Under the pieces are notes generated by a model. The model ran no database searches, had not been told where the DNA came from, and was given only the letters and a program-made list of their open reading frames with translations. Source: Phototrophicaceae bacterium (GTDB taxonomy: Bacteria; Chloroflexota; Anaerolineae; Aggregatilineales; Phototrophicaceae). Taken from it: a DNA stretch of 64,000 nt. Below, one piece after another: positions 39,888-49,333 of the stretch (positions are counted from its first letter, which is position 1; each line of letters begins with the position of its first letter). A program made the translations under genes and the position numbers. The stretch covers positions 1,929,797 to 1,993,796 of the forward strand of contig OZ243936.1 of assembly GCA_965214075.1 (NCBI GenBank), in the 5' to 3' direction.

Positions 39888-41237
39888 ATGGCAACATTGC
39901 TGCTGAAGAACATCAGTTATCTGGCGACCATGGACGGCGCACGGAGGGAACTGCAAAATGCCGCTGTCTTTATCCGCGACAATATCATCGAAGCGGTCGG
40001 CGGGCTTGATGAAATGCCGGCCGATTGCGCCGACCGCGAGATTGACCTCTCTTGCCATGTCGCGCTGCCAGGCTTGGTGAATACGCATCATCACATGTTC
40101 CAGACATTGACGCGCGCGCTGGCGCAGGAAAATGAACTTTTTGATTGGCTCAAGGTCCTTTATCCCATCTGGCAGAACCTGCGCGGCGAGCACGTCTATA
40201 CCTCGGCTAAGCTGGCAATGGCGGAATTGATGCTGTCCGGTTGTACCACCAGCAGCGACCATTTGTATATCTTTCCCAATGATGTAAGGCTGGAAGACGA
40301 GATTCGCGCCGCCCAAGAATTGGGCTTGCGCTTTCACGCCGCGCGCGGCTCCATGAGCCTGGGCGAGAGCAAAGGCGGTCTGCCACCTGACGCCGTTGTC
40401 GAAGATGAAAAGCATATCATAGCCGATACCAGACGCCTGATTGAAACTTGGCAGGACCCAAATCCACAGTCCATGCTGCAGATTGTGGTCGCGCCCTGTT
40501 CGCCATTCAGCGTTAGCGTCGACCTGATGCGCGAAGCGGCCGACCTGGCGCGCGCCTATCAAGTCAATTTGCATACGCACTTGGCTGAAAATGACAAAGA
40601 TGTCTCGTATAGCCTGGAAACTTTTGGCCAAGCACCCGGCGCTTACGCCGAAAGTGTTGGCTGGGTTGGCGATGATGTTTGGCACGCGCATTGCGTCAAG
40701 CTCAACGCGGCAGAAATCAGCTTGTTCGGGCGCACAGGCACTGGCGTCTGCCATTGCCCGTCATCGAATATGCGCCTGGCGTCGGGTATCGCTCCCCTGC
40801 GCCGCATGCTCGACGAGCGCGTCAAAGTTGGCTTGGGCGTTGATGGCTCGGCTTCCAACGATAGCGGCCACTTGCTAGGCGAAGCCCGCCAAGCCATGCT
40901 GCTGCAGCGGGTGGCGGGGAATCCCGCGGCGCTCACAGCGCGCGAAGCGTTGGAAATGGCAACCATAGGCGGTGCCAAGGTCTTGGGCAGGCAAGACATT
41001 GGTCGCATTGAAGTTGGCATGTCCGCCGATATTGTCGCCTTCCGCCTGGATACACCGAGCATGGCCGGCGCTTTGGCGGATCCCCTGGCGGCGCTGGTCT
41101 TTTGTCAGCCGGCGCAAGTTGACCTGTGCATTATCAATGGCCGCGTTTTAATTGAAGACGGGGCGCTGCATTCGCTTGATTTGCCCGCTTTGATTGAAAG
41201 GCATAATAAGCTGTCGATACAATTGATAAACAATTGA
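39888..41237 (+). CDS. amidohydrolase, 8-oxoguanine deaminase-like (ATZ/TRZ subgroup)
   Basis: LPGLVNTHHHMFQTLTRA metal motif and HLAENDKDV. The N-terminal layout resembles the characterised Pseudomonas 8-oxoguanine deaminase as I recall it. Substrate is not certain. Confidence 0.65.
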   Translation: MATLLLKNISYLATMDGARRELQNAAVFIRDNIIEAVGGLDEMPADCADREIDLSCHVALPGLVNTHHHMFQTLTRALAQENELFDWLKVLYPIWQNLRGEHVYTSAKLAMAELMLSGCTTSSDHLYIFPNDVRLEDEIRAAQELGLRFHAARGSMSLGESKGGLPPDAVVEDEKHIIADTRRLIETWQDPNPQSMLQIVVAPCSPFSVSVDLMREAADLARAYQVNLHTHLAENDKDVSYSLETFGQAPGAYAESVGWVGDDVWHAHCVKLNAAEISLFGRTGTGVCHCPSSNMRLASGIAPLRRMLDERVKVGLGVDGSASNDSGHLLGEARQAMLLQRVAGNPAALTAREALEMATIGGAKVLGRQDIGRIEVGMSADIVAFRLDTPSMAGALADPLAALVFCQPAQVDLCIINGRVLIEDGALHSLDLPALIERHNKLSIQLINN

Positions 41238-41295
41238 TAAACCGCTGATAAACAGCGCGGCTTGATAGCTGAAATGACGGATTGGAGGCCTCAAT

Positions 41296-43008
41296 ATGAG
41301 CATAGTGGATCGTCTGATGGCGGCGCGCGGCGAGGTCCCCGCCGATTTGCTGCTGCGGAATGCGTCTCTGGTCAATGTCATCAGTGGCGAAATCTATGCC
41401 AGCGATGTCGTCGTTCACGACCGTCATGTTGTGGCGCTGGGCTCGGGCTACGCTGGCGCGCAAGAACTTAATTTGCACGGCAAGTACCTCACGCCCGGTT
41501 TAATTGACGCCCACGTTCATATCGAAAGCAGCCTGGTAAGTCCGGCAGAATTTGCGCGCGCGGCGTTGCCTCATGGCCTAACCACCGTCATCACCGACCC
41601 GCACGAAATCGCGAATGTGCTCGGGCTGGAGGGCATGCGCTATATGCTGGAGCGCGCCAAACAGGGTCCGCTCAATATGTTCGTGATGGCTTCAAGCTGT
41701 GTGCCAGCCACGGACATGGAAACCTCGGGCGCGCGCCTAGAGGCGGATGATTTGGCACAGTTGCTCGGTCATCGCTGGGTCTTGGGCTTGGCGGAATTGA
41801 TGAATTATCCTGGCGTCGCGCTGGGCGACGAGGGCATGCTGGACAAGATCGAGATGTTCCGCCATCTGACGCTAGATGGCCACGCGCCCGACATGAGCGG
41901 ACCCATGCTGAATGCCTATGTCGCGGCGGGCGTACAAAGCGAGCACGAATGCACCACAGTGGCGGAAGCGCGGGAAAAGCTGCGCCTCGGCTTGACGATT
42001 TTCATCCGCGAAGGCACAACCACGCGCAATCTGCTGCCGCTGCTGCCGCTGATAAGCAATGAAAATCAGGCTTCCATCTGCTTTTGCACCGACGACCGCA
42101 TCCCCGCCGATTTGCTGGACGACGGCTCGATCGATTATATGATTCGCCTGGCGATAGCCAATGGGCTCGACCCCGTTACCGCAATTCGCATGGGCTCCTA
42201 CAATACTGCTAAACACTTCGGCTTGAAGAAATACGGCGCGGTCGCGCCCGGCAAATATGCGGATATGCTTGTCGTCGCGGACTTAAATGACTTCAGACCA
42301 GAAATGGTCTTCCGCGGCGGCAAGCTGGTCGCCAAAGACGGTCTAATGACACTGCCCCGGCAAGCGCCGCGTAAAATGGACCTGCGCGGAACGGTAAATA
42401 TTTCTAGCGCAGAGCCCGACTTTTCGATCCCAGCCGCAGGCGAAATGATTCATGTTATCGCCACGGTGCGCGACCAAGTTGTAACAGAAAAGCGGCTGGA
42501 ACGAGCAAAAATCGTCGCCGGGCTTGCAGTCAGCGATGTCGAGCGCGACATTTTGAAGTTCGCCATGCTGGAACGGCACCAAGCCAGCGGCAATATCGGC
42601 AAAGCCTTCATACAAGGTTTTGGGCTGAAACGCGGCGCAATCGCTGGCACAGTCGCCCATGACCATCACAATCTGGCTGTGATTGGCGTCGACGACAAGA
42701 GCATGAAAGCCGCGGTGCGCGCTATTGTTGCAATGGGCGGCGGCTTGGTCGCGGTCGACGGCGAGCGGGTTATTGCGCGTCTGCCGCTGCCGGTTGCGGG
42801 TTTGCTAAGCGAGTCGCCCATCGAGGAGGTGCGACAGCAATATGACAGCCTGATTGCCGCGGCGCGCGGCTTAGGCAGTCAACTGCCCGACCCCTTCATG
42901 GTGATGAGCTTCATGGGCTTGGAGGTGATTCCGAAACTGAAACTGACGGATATGGGCTTGGTCGATGTCGAGCAATTCAAAATAATCGAGCTTTTTCATC
43001 AAAATTGA
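41296..43008 (+). CDS. ade: adenine deaminase
   Basis: 570 aa with LTPGLIDAHVHIESS, TTVITDPHEIANV and FCTDD motifs, plus the C-terminal Ade domain. Confidence 0.88.
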   Translation: MSIVDRLMAARGEVPADLLLRNASLVNVISGEIYASDVVVHDRHVVALGSGYAGAQELNLHGKYLTPGLIDAHVHIESSLVSPAEFARAALPHGLTTVITDPHEIANVLGLEGMRYMLERAKQGPLNMFVMASSCVPATDMETSGARLEADDLAQLLGHRWVLGLAELMNYPGVALGDEGMLDKIEMFRHLTLDGHAPDMSGPMLNAYVAAGVQSEHECTTVAEAREKLRLGLTIFIREGTTTRNLLPLLPLISNENQASICFCTDDRIPADLLDDGSIDYMIRLAIANGLDPVTAIRMGSYNTAKHFGLKKYGAVAPGKYADMLVVADLNDFRPEMVFRGGKLVAKDGLMTLPRQAPRKMDLRGTVNISSAEPDFSIPAAGEMIHVIATVRDQVVTEKRLERAKIVAGLAVSDVERDILKFAMLERHQASGNIGKAFIQGFGLKRGAIAGTVAHDHHNLAVIGVDDKSMKAAVRAIVAMGGGLVAVDGERVIARLPLPVAGLLSESPIEEVRQQYDSLIAAARGLGSQLPDPFMVMSFMGLEVIPKLKLTDMGLVDVEQFKIIELFHQN

Positions 43009-43081
43009 CCGTGTTTTTTGGCGAAATATCGCTAAAATACGGGCTATTTATTGAGCAAAGCGCACAAAAACGGGAAAAGAC

Positions 43082-44290
43082 ATGGAAAATCAAGCTCTAC
43101 TGGAGCGCCTGCGGGCGCGTGTCGAAGCGGACCGCGACAACATTATCAGTTTTCTGCGAGAAATCTGCGCCATCCCCAGCATGCAGAATCAAATACGAGC
43201 CTGTGGCGAACGCATCGCCGAAGAAATGACCAAGCTCGGCTATGACGAAATCTTCTGGGACAAAATGGGCAACATCGTCGGCCGCATTGGCTCTGGCGAC
43301 AAGATTCTGCTTTACGACAGCCATATTGATACAGTTGGCGTGGGCGACCCCGATGAATGGCAGTGGGACCCCTTCGAAGGCAAGGTCGAAGACGGTGTGC
43401 TATTCGCTCGTGGCGCTTGCGACGAGAAGGGCAGTACCCCGGGCATGATCTATGGCTTGGCAATCGCCCGCGAGCTGGGTTTGCTGGACGGCTACAGCGC
43501 CTATTACTTCGGCAATATGGAAGAATGGAATGATGGCCAAGCCCCGCATGCTTTTGTGCAGACCGAGGGCATCAAGCCGGACTTTGTTGTGATTGGCGAG
43601 CCGACCAAAATGCAGATTTACCGCGGCCACAAAGGCCGCGTCGAGTTCAAAATCGTCGCCAAGGGGCGCAGCTCGCACGCTGCCAGCAATTATCTGGGCG
43701 ACAACGCGATTTATAAGCTGCTGCCCATCATCGAGCGAATCAGCCATATCGAGCCGCAATTGGGCGACCATGACTTTCTGGGCCAAGGGCGCATAACCGT
43801 TACCGATATGGAAGTCAAAACGCCCAGCATCAACGCTGTGCCGGACGAGGCGGTCATCTACGTCGATCGCCGCATCACATTCGGCGAGGAGCCGCAAGCC
43901 GAGCTGGAGCGCTTGCAAGACATCATTGGCCAGCGCGACGATATTCACGCCGAAATCTTGCTCTATGACGACCCCAGCTATACCGGCTTTGTCTTTCCGC
44001 TGGAAAAAATCTACCCGGCTTGGGCATTTGATGAAGACGAGCCGATCGTGGCGGCAGGCTTGCGCGCAGCCGAGGCGCTTTATGGGCAAACCGATACCGG
44101 CAAATGGGATTTTTCCACCAATGGCATCTATTGGGCGGGCAAAGCGGGCATCCCCAGTATCGGATTCGCGCCCGGCAACGAAATCCATGCCCATACCGTC
44201 TTAGACCAGGTGCCGCTGGAAGATGTCGTGCGCTCGACCGAATGGTACGCGCTTTTCCCGACGATACTCTTGAGCACGATTCAAGGCTAG
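43082..44290 (+). CDS. ygeY: YgeY-type M20 metallohydrolase (selenium-metabolism-linked hydrolase family)
   Basis: Colinear with E. coli YgeY as recalled: FLREICAIPS, MGNIVGRIGSG, DSHIDTVGVGD...W.DPFEG and RGACDEKG. 402 aa. Confidence 0.78.
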   Translation: MENQALLERLRARVEADRDNIISFLREICAIPSMQNQIRACGERIAEEMTKLGYDEIFWDKMGNIVGRIGSGDKILLYDSHIDTVGVGDPDEWQWDPFEGKVEDGVLFARGACDEKGSTPGMIYGLAIARELGLLDGYSAYYFGNMEEWNDGQAPHAFVQTEGIKPDFVVIGEPTKMQIYRGHKGRVEFKIVAKGRSSHAASNYLGDNAIYKLLPIIERISHIEPQLGDHDFLGQGRITVTDMEVKTPSINAVPDEAVIYVDRRITFGEEPQAELERLQDIIGQRDDIHAEILLYDDPSYTGFVFPLEKIYPAWAFDEDEPIVAAGLRAAEALYGQTDTGKWDFSTNGIYWAGKAGIPSIGFAPGNEIHAHTVLDQVPLEDVVRSTEWYALFPTILLSTIQG

Positions 44291-44405
44291 GACTAGGCTA
44301 AGACTATTTATGCGGCTTGGCAGAACAATCAGGCGCTGTCCGGGATTGCCTTCCAGGCTCTTTGGCGCGCAATGCTCACATAAGTTTTTGTAAGGGGAGA
44401 ATAAA

Positions 44406-45386
44406 ATGCAAACGGACCTCCGAGGCCGTGACCTCATTAGTACGCAAGATTGGTCAAAAGAAGAAATTGAAACCTTGCTAGACGTGGCTTGGGATTTAAA
44501 GCGCAAACGCGCCCTGGGCGAGCCGCACGCGCTGCTGCGCGACAAAGTCTTGGCTATGCTCTTTTTCTTCACCAGTACGCGCACGCGCATCAGCTTCGAA
44601 GCGGGAATGGCGCAATTGGGCGGCCACGCTCAGTTTATTGACAGCACCACCACGCAAATCAGCCACGGTGATACCGCCAAGGAAATCGGCGAGATTGTCG
44701 GGCGCTACACTGACGGCATCGCCATCCGACAGTGCGATTGGGGAATCGGCAACAGCTATATCAATGACGTTGCCCAAGCCAGCCGCGTGCCAGTGCTGAA
44801 CATGCAGTGCGAGGTTTATCATCCTTTTCAGATTCTGGCTGATTTGATGACCATTCAAGAGAAATTCGGGCGCGATTTGCGCGGCAAGACCATCAATGTC
44901 AGTTGGGCTTACGCCTCTAGCTATCAGAAGCCGATTTCCGTGCCCCAGAGTCTGGTGCTGCTTATGACGCGCTTTGGCATGAACCTGCGCCTGACGCGCC
45001 CGCCTGAATATCAGTTAATGCCCGATATCGTCGAGCAAGCGCGCGAGAACACCCGGCGGCATGGCGGCTCCTTCGAGATTCTTGATGACTTCGACGCGGG
45101 CTTCGCCGGCGCTGATATTCTTTACCCGAAGAGTTGGGGCAGTTGGCTGACCACGGAAGATGAAGACGAATCAGCCGAGATTGGCGCAAAATACCGCGAT
45201 TGGATCACCGACGAGCGGCGCATGGCGCTGGCGAATGATCACGCCATTTACATGCACTGCCTGCCGGCCGACCGCAATATCGAAGTGACGGACAGCGTCA
45301 TTGATGGTCCACAAAGCGTTGTTTACGATGAAGCGGAAAATAGATTGCATGTCCAGAAGGCAGCGATGGCGCTCACGATGCGCTGA
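44406..45386 (+). CDS. ygeW: YgeW-type (knotted) carbamoyltransferase
   Basis: Carbamoyl-phosphate motif STRTR, plus HCLPA. The segment KTINVSWAYASSYQKPISVPQSLVLLMTRFGMNLRLTRPPEYQLMPDIVEQARENTRRHGGSFEIL...ADILYPKSW closely parallels E. coli YgeW as recalled. It is shorter than E. coli YgeW at both ends. Confidence 0.75.
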   Translation: MQTDLRGRDLISTQDWSKEEIETLLDVAWDLKRKRALGEPHALLRDKVLAMLFFFTSTRTRISFEAGMAQLGGHAQFIDSTTTQISHGDTAKEIGEIVGRYTDGIAIRQCDWGIGNSYINDVAQASRVPVLNMQCEVYHPFQILADLMTIQEKFGRDLRGKTINVSWAYASSYQKPISVPQSLVLLMTRFGMNLRLTRPPEYQLMPDIVEQARENTRRHGGSFEILDDFDAGFAGADILYPKSWGSWLTTEDEDESAEIGAKYRDWITDERRMALANDHAIYMHCLPADRNIEVTDSVIDGPQSVVYDEAENRLHVQKAAMALTMR

Positions 45387-45478
45387 CCAGCCCGCGCTAG
45401 ATTCCATTATGCTTGGTCGGCGTGTTAAGCGGCAGCAGCGTTTGCGAACCTGCCAATGCCGCGCGCTAAGCCTGCGGG

Positions 45479-45515
45479 CGATAGCCGCCCAGCGATAGCC
45501 GCCCAGAGATAGCCG
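45479..45515. repeat. 14-nt direct repeat (CGATAGCCGCCCAG x2 plus partial) just upstream of the carbamate kinase RBS
   Basis: Read directly. Each unit contains the small palindrome GGGCG-N5-CGCCC. Confidence 0.65.
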
Positions 45516-45528
45516 AAAGAGACTGAAG

Positions 45529-46482
45529 ATGATTGATAAACTGGTGGTGGTGGCGATTGGCGGCAATTCGCTGATTACCGACCCCAACAATCCAGAAATA
45601 GAGCAGCAATGGGAAGCTGTGCGCGAAACCTGCCGTCATATCGCCGACATGATCGCCGACGGCTGGCAGGTCGTCATCACCCACGGCAATGGACCGCAAG
45701 TCGGGTACATTCTCAACCGTTCCGAAATCGCCAAGCGCGAAGCCGGCATCCATGATGTGCCGCTGGACCTGGTGGTGGCGGATACCCAGGGCAGCATCGG
45801 TTATATGCTGCAGCAGGCACTGGACAATTCCCTGCGCCGCGTCGGCATGAATCATACCGTCGCCACCATCATCACGCAGATGCGCGTTGACCCCGATGAT
45901 CCCGCTTTTGACCATCCCGACAAGCCGATTGGCGGATTCCTGTCATACGAAGAAGCCATGGCGGCCCAAGAACATGGCTGGCACATGGTGGAAGACGCCG
46001 GGCGCGGCTGGCGGCGCGTCGTGGCTTCGCCCAAGCCCTTGGTTGTCAACGAAATCAACGCCATCCAAGCCATGGTGCTGGCTGGCTACATCGTGATTGT
46101 CTGCGGCGGCGGCGGCGTACCAGTGGTGCGCAACGAAGTCGGCAGCTTGCGCGGCGTCGACGCCGTCATCGATAAAGACCGCGCCAGCAGCTTGCTGGCG
46201 CAGACATTGCGCGCCGACTTGCTCTTGATTTCGACCGGCGTGGAGAAAGTCTGCCTGCATTTCAACAGTCCCGACGTATACGCGCTGGATGTTATGACCT
46301 TGCAAGAGGCGCGCCGCTATATGGAGCAGGGGCATTTCGCGCGTGGCAGCATGTATCCCAAAATTGAAGCGGCCGTCGATTTTGTGCACAATGGCGGACC
46401 GCGCGCCATCATTACCAATCCGGTAAATTTGACGCGGGCTTTGCATCACGAGACCGGCACCTGGATTGTGCCGGGCGGCTGA
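45529..46482 (+). CDS. arcC: carbamate kinase
   Basis: VVAIGGNSL, THGNGPQVG and the C-terminal GGGGVPV motif; 317 aa. Confidence 0.88.
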   Translation: MIDKLVVVAIGGNSLITDPNNPEIEQQWEAVRETCRHIADMIADGWQVVITHGNGPQVGYILNRSEIAKREAGIHDVPLDLVVADTQGSIGYMLQQALDNSLRRVGMNHTVATIITQMRVDPDDPAFDHPDKPIGGFLSYEEAMAAQEHGWHMVEDAGRGWRRVVASPKPLVVNEINAIQAMVLAGYIVIVCGGGGVPVVRNEVGSLRGVDAVIDKDRASSLLAQTLRADLLLISTGVEKVCLHFNSPDVYALDVMTLQEARRYMEQGHFARGSMYPKIEAAVDFVHNGGPRAIITNPVNLTRALHHETGTWIVPGG

Positions 46483-46777
46483 GCGCAAGCGCTTCGGCAA
46501 TTGAAAAAACTTGATTAAGCACATTCACAAAAAGAGTCGTATAGTCATAATGCAAGAGCATTAACTTGAAGCTATTCGGAAGCTATTCATGGCAAAAATC
46601 GCTGGCAAAATCTCTCCTATTTCTAGGCGCTGATACCTGCAAATGCCTATCATTGAATTGAAAGCAAGGCATCTTTTTTTTACAGGCTATTATCAGTGTC
46701 CTTTGTTTACTTTGTGTCCTTGCTGTGGCTTTACTGTGTCTTTGCGCAAAATGTGATGAAGAAGTGATGAAGTATTG

Positions 46778-48037
46778 ATGGCGGAAATAAAGCGACTGCG
46801 CTGTGTTGTCGGCGGCTGTTCTTATGCCCCAGAGGAGCTGACTTATACCTGCCCTCGGCATGGCGAATTAGGCACGCTGGATATTCTGTACGACTATGCG
46901 GCGCTGGGCGCGTCCCTGGACCGCGATGCGCTCTTGACGAACCGTCAAGCCAATGCTTGGCGCTATAAAGCGCTCTTGCCCATCGCGCTGGGAAGCCCGG
47001 TCCCGCCTATAGATGTCGGTTGGACGCCCTTGTACGATGCGCCGCGTGTGGCGGCGGCGCTAGGGCTTGAGCGCGCTTGCATCAAAGACGATGGTGCCAA
47101 CCCGACCGGCTCGCTCAAGGATCGCGCTAGCGCGCTGGTGCTGGCGCGGGCGCTGGAACTTGGCATCCCGACGGTTGCCGCCGCCAGCACCGGCAACGCG
47201 GCCGCGGCGCTGGCGGGTTTGGGCGCGGCTGTGCCAGAAATCGAGATTGTCATTTTTGTGCCGCATAGCGCGCCGCCGGCGAAGGTGGCGCAACTGCTGG
47301 TATATGGCGCGACTGTGCTGCTGGTTGAGGGCAGTTATGACGATGCTTTCGACCTCTGCATGGCTTATTGCGCCGAGGCCGGCTGGTATTCGCGAAATAC
47401 CGGTGTCAATCCCTTCACCACCGAAGGCAAGAAGACGGTCGCGCTGGAAATCGCCGAACAGTTGCGTTGGCAGGTCCCGGACGTCCTGGCTGTGAGCGTC
47501 GGCGACGGCAGCATCATCAGCGGCGTGCATAAAGGTTTTTTGGATTTGTACCGTCTCGGCTGGATAAATAAGATTCCGCGTTTGATTGGCGTGCAAGCGG
47601 CTGGCAGCGCTGTCCTGGCGCGCGCCTGGCAAGACGGGTTGGAGGCGGGCTCGATTCGCCGCGCCGCGGCCGAGACTATCGCCGACAGCATCGCTTCGGA
47701 ATTGCCGCGCGATCGCGCCAAAGCGCTGCGGGCAGCGCGCGCGAGCAATGGCGCATTTGTTACTGTCGCCGATGCCGACATCCTGGCGGCTATCCCGCAG
47801 CTGGCGCAATTGAGCGGCGTCTTTGCCGAGCCGGCCGCCGCCGCGACATTCGCCGGCGCGCGCCAAGCGGTCGCCAGCGGTCTAATAAACAAAGAAGAGC
47901 GCCTGTGCTTGCTCATCACCGGCAATGGATTAAAAGATGTCGCGCGGGCGCGGCAGGCGGTATCACAGGGCATTCGCATCGCGCCGACTGTCGCGGCGGC
48001 GCGCGCGGCGCTGCAGCGAGCGAGCGCCCATGCCTGA
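46778..48037 (+). CDS. threonine-synthase-like PLP enzyme (second ThrC-family paralog)
   Basis: N-terminal Cys-rich ribbon CVVGGCSY...CPRHG, PLP-lysine motif NPTGSLKDRASA and ASTGNAAAA. It is distinct from the housekeeping thrC at 10908. Confidence 0.7.
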   Translation: MAEIKRLRCVVGGCSYAPEELTYTCPRHGELGTLDILYDYAALGASLDRDALLTNRQANAWRYKALLPIALGSPVPPIDVGWTPLYDAPRVAAALGLERACIKDDGANPTGSLKDRASALVLARALELGIPTVAAASTGNAAAALAGLGAAVPEIEIVIFVPHSAPPAKVAQLLVYGATVLLVEGSYDDAFDLCMAYCAEAGWYSRNTGVNPFTTEGKKTVALEIAEQLRWQVPDVLAVSVGDGSIISGVHKGFLDLYRLGWINKIPRLIGVQAAGSAVLARAWQDGLEAGSIRRAAAETIADSIASELPRDRAKALRAARASNGAFVTVADADILAAIPQLAQLSGVFAEPAAAATFAGARQAVASGLINKEERLCLLITGNGLKDVARARQAVSQGIRIAPTVAAARAALQRASAHA

Positions 48038-49064
48038 GCAACCCCGCTATTCGATTGTCGCGCCGGTTTACAACGAGGCTGGCAATCTGCGCAACTTCTA
48101 TGAGGCGGTTCAGTTGGCGCTGGATTCAACCGGCGAAACCTGGGAGCTGCTGCTAGTCAACGATGGCAGCGTGGATGGCTCGCGGGAAATCATGCAGCAG
48201 CTGGCGGCGGACGATGGCCGCGTCAAAGTCATCCACTTTGCCCGCAATTTCGGTCACCAGATTGCCGTTACCGCCGGCATCGATTATGCCTCGGGCGCGG
48301 CGGTGGTGCTGATTGACGCCGATATGCAAGATCCGCCGGCGGTAATCCCGCAATTAATCGCCAAATGGAAAGAAGGCTACGATGTTGTCTACGCGGTTCG
48401 TTCCGAACGCAAGGGCGAGAGCTTCTTCAAAAGGACCAGTGCCAAATTGTTCTATCGCATGATTCACCGCATCACAGACATCAGCATCCCGGTTGATACG
48501 GGCGATTTCCGTCTGATGGACGCCAAGGTGGCCGCCGTGTTGCGGCAAATGCGCGAACATCATCGCTTCATCAGGGGCATGACCAGTTGGGTCGGCTACC
48601 GCCAGACGGGCGTGTTTTATGTGCGCGAAGAACGAAGCTGGGGCGAAACTAAGTATCCCTGGCGCAAGATGGTCGCCTTCGCGCTGGACGCCGTAACCAG
48701 TTTTTCGTTTTTCCCTTTGCAGGTCATGCTGTATATTAGTTTCATACTTGGCATCATGTCGCTGCTGGTAGGCATCGTGATTTCTGTTTTGCGCATCACA
48801 ATGGGCGAAGAATTTTTTGGCGGGCAAGCGACCACCATCGTCTTGCTGCTCTTGCTGAGTTCTTTCCAATTGTTCTTCTTATTCATCATCGGGCAATATA
48901 TCGCCCGCGCGTATGACGAAACGCGCAACCGGCCGCTCTATGTCGTGGCTGCGACGACTGGCATCAGCGCGCCGCGTGTCCCCGGCCCGGGCTCGCAAGA
49001 AACTGATATGTCCGCTGCCGTCTCGGTCGCGGGCGCGCGCGCCGCCGCGAAGGGCAGCGAATGA
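48030..49064 (+). CDS. family 2 glycosyltransferase (polyprenyl-phosphate glycosyltransferase, DPM1/GtrB/ArnC-like) with 2 C-terminal TM helices
   Basis: YSIVAPVYNEAGNL, LLVNDGSVDGS and IDADMQDPP (DxD). Its start overlaps the upstream stop (ATGCCTGA). Confidence 0.8.
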   Translation: MPEQPRYSIVAPVYNEAGNLRNFYEAVQLALDSTGETWELLLVNDGSVDGSREIMQQLAADDGRVKVIHFARNFGHQIAVTAGIDYASGAAVVLIDADMQDPPAVIPQLIAKWKEGYDVVYAVRSERKGESFFKRTSAKLFYRMIHRITDISIPVDTGDFRLMDAKVAAVLRQMREHHRFIRGMTSWVGYRQTGVFYVREERSWGETKYPWRKMVAFALDAVTSFSFFPLQVMLYISFILGIMSLLVGIVISVLRITMGEEFFGGQATTIVLLLLLSSFQLFFLFIIGQYIARAYDETRNRPLYVVAATTGISAPRVPGPGSQETDMSAAVSVAGARAAAKGSE

Positions 49065-49309
49065 GCCTGTCGCACGAATCGCAGCAGATGCGGCTGGTAC
49101 AACGATACCGGCAACTGGTCTTGGACTATGAAGCCTTGGACAAGCGCATTGACGAGCTGATTACGCGGCATGAGGGCGGCCGGGAGTTGATGTTGCCGGC
49201 TGATATTGCGTCTTACCGAGAATTGGCGCGTCAACGTACTGCGCTGCAAAACGACATGCGCATCTGCGAGCGGCAATTGAAGATTGAGGATTTCCGCGAC
49301 AATAATTAA
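49061..49309 (+). CDS. small hypothetical coiled-coil protein (82 aa)
   Basis: Its start overlaps the GT2 stop (ATGA). It has heptad-like charged sequence and no recognisable family. Confidence 0.45.
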   Translation: MSLSHESQQMRLVQRYRQLVLDYEALDKRIDELITRHEGGRELMLPADIASYRELARQRTALQNDMRICERQLKIEDFRDNN

Positions 49310-49333
49310 CTGAATGCGGCGCAAGGAGAGAAT

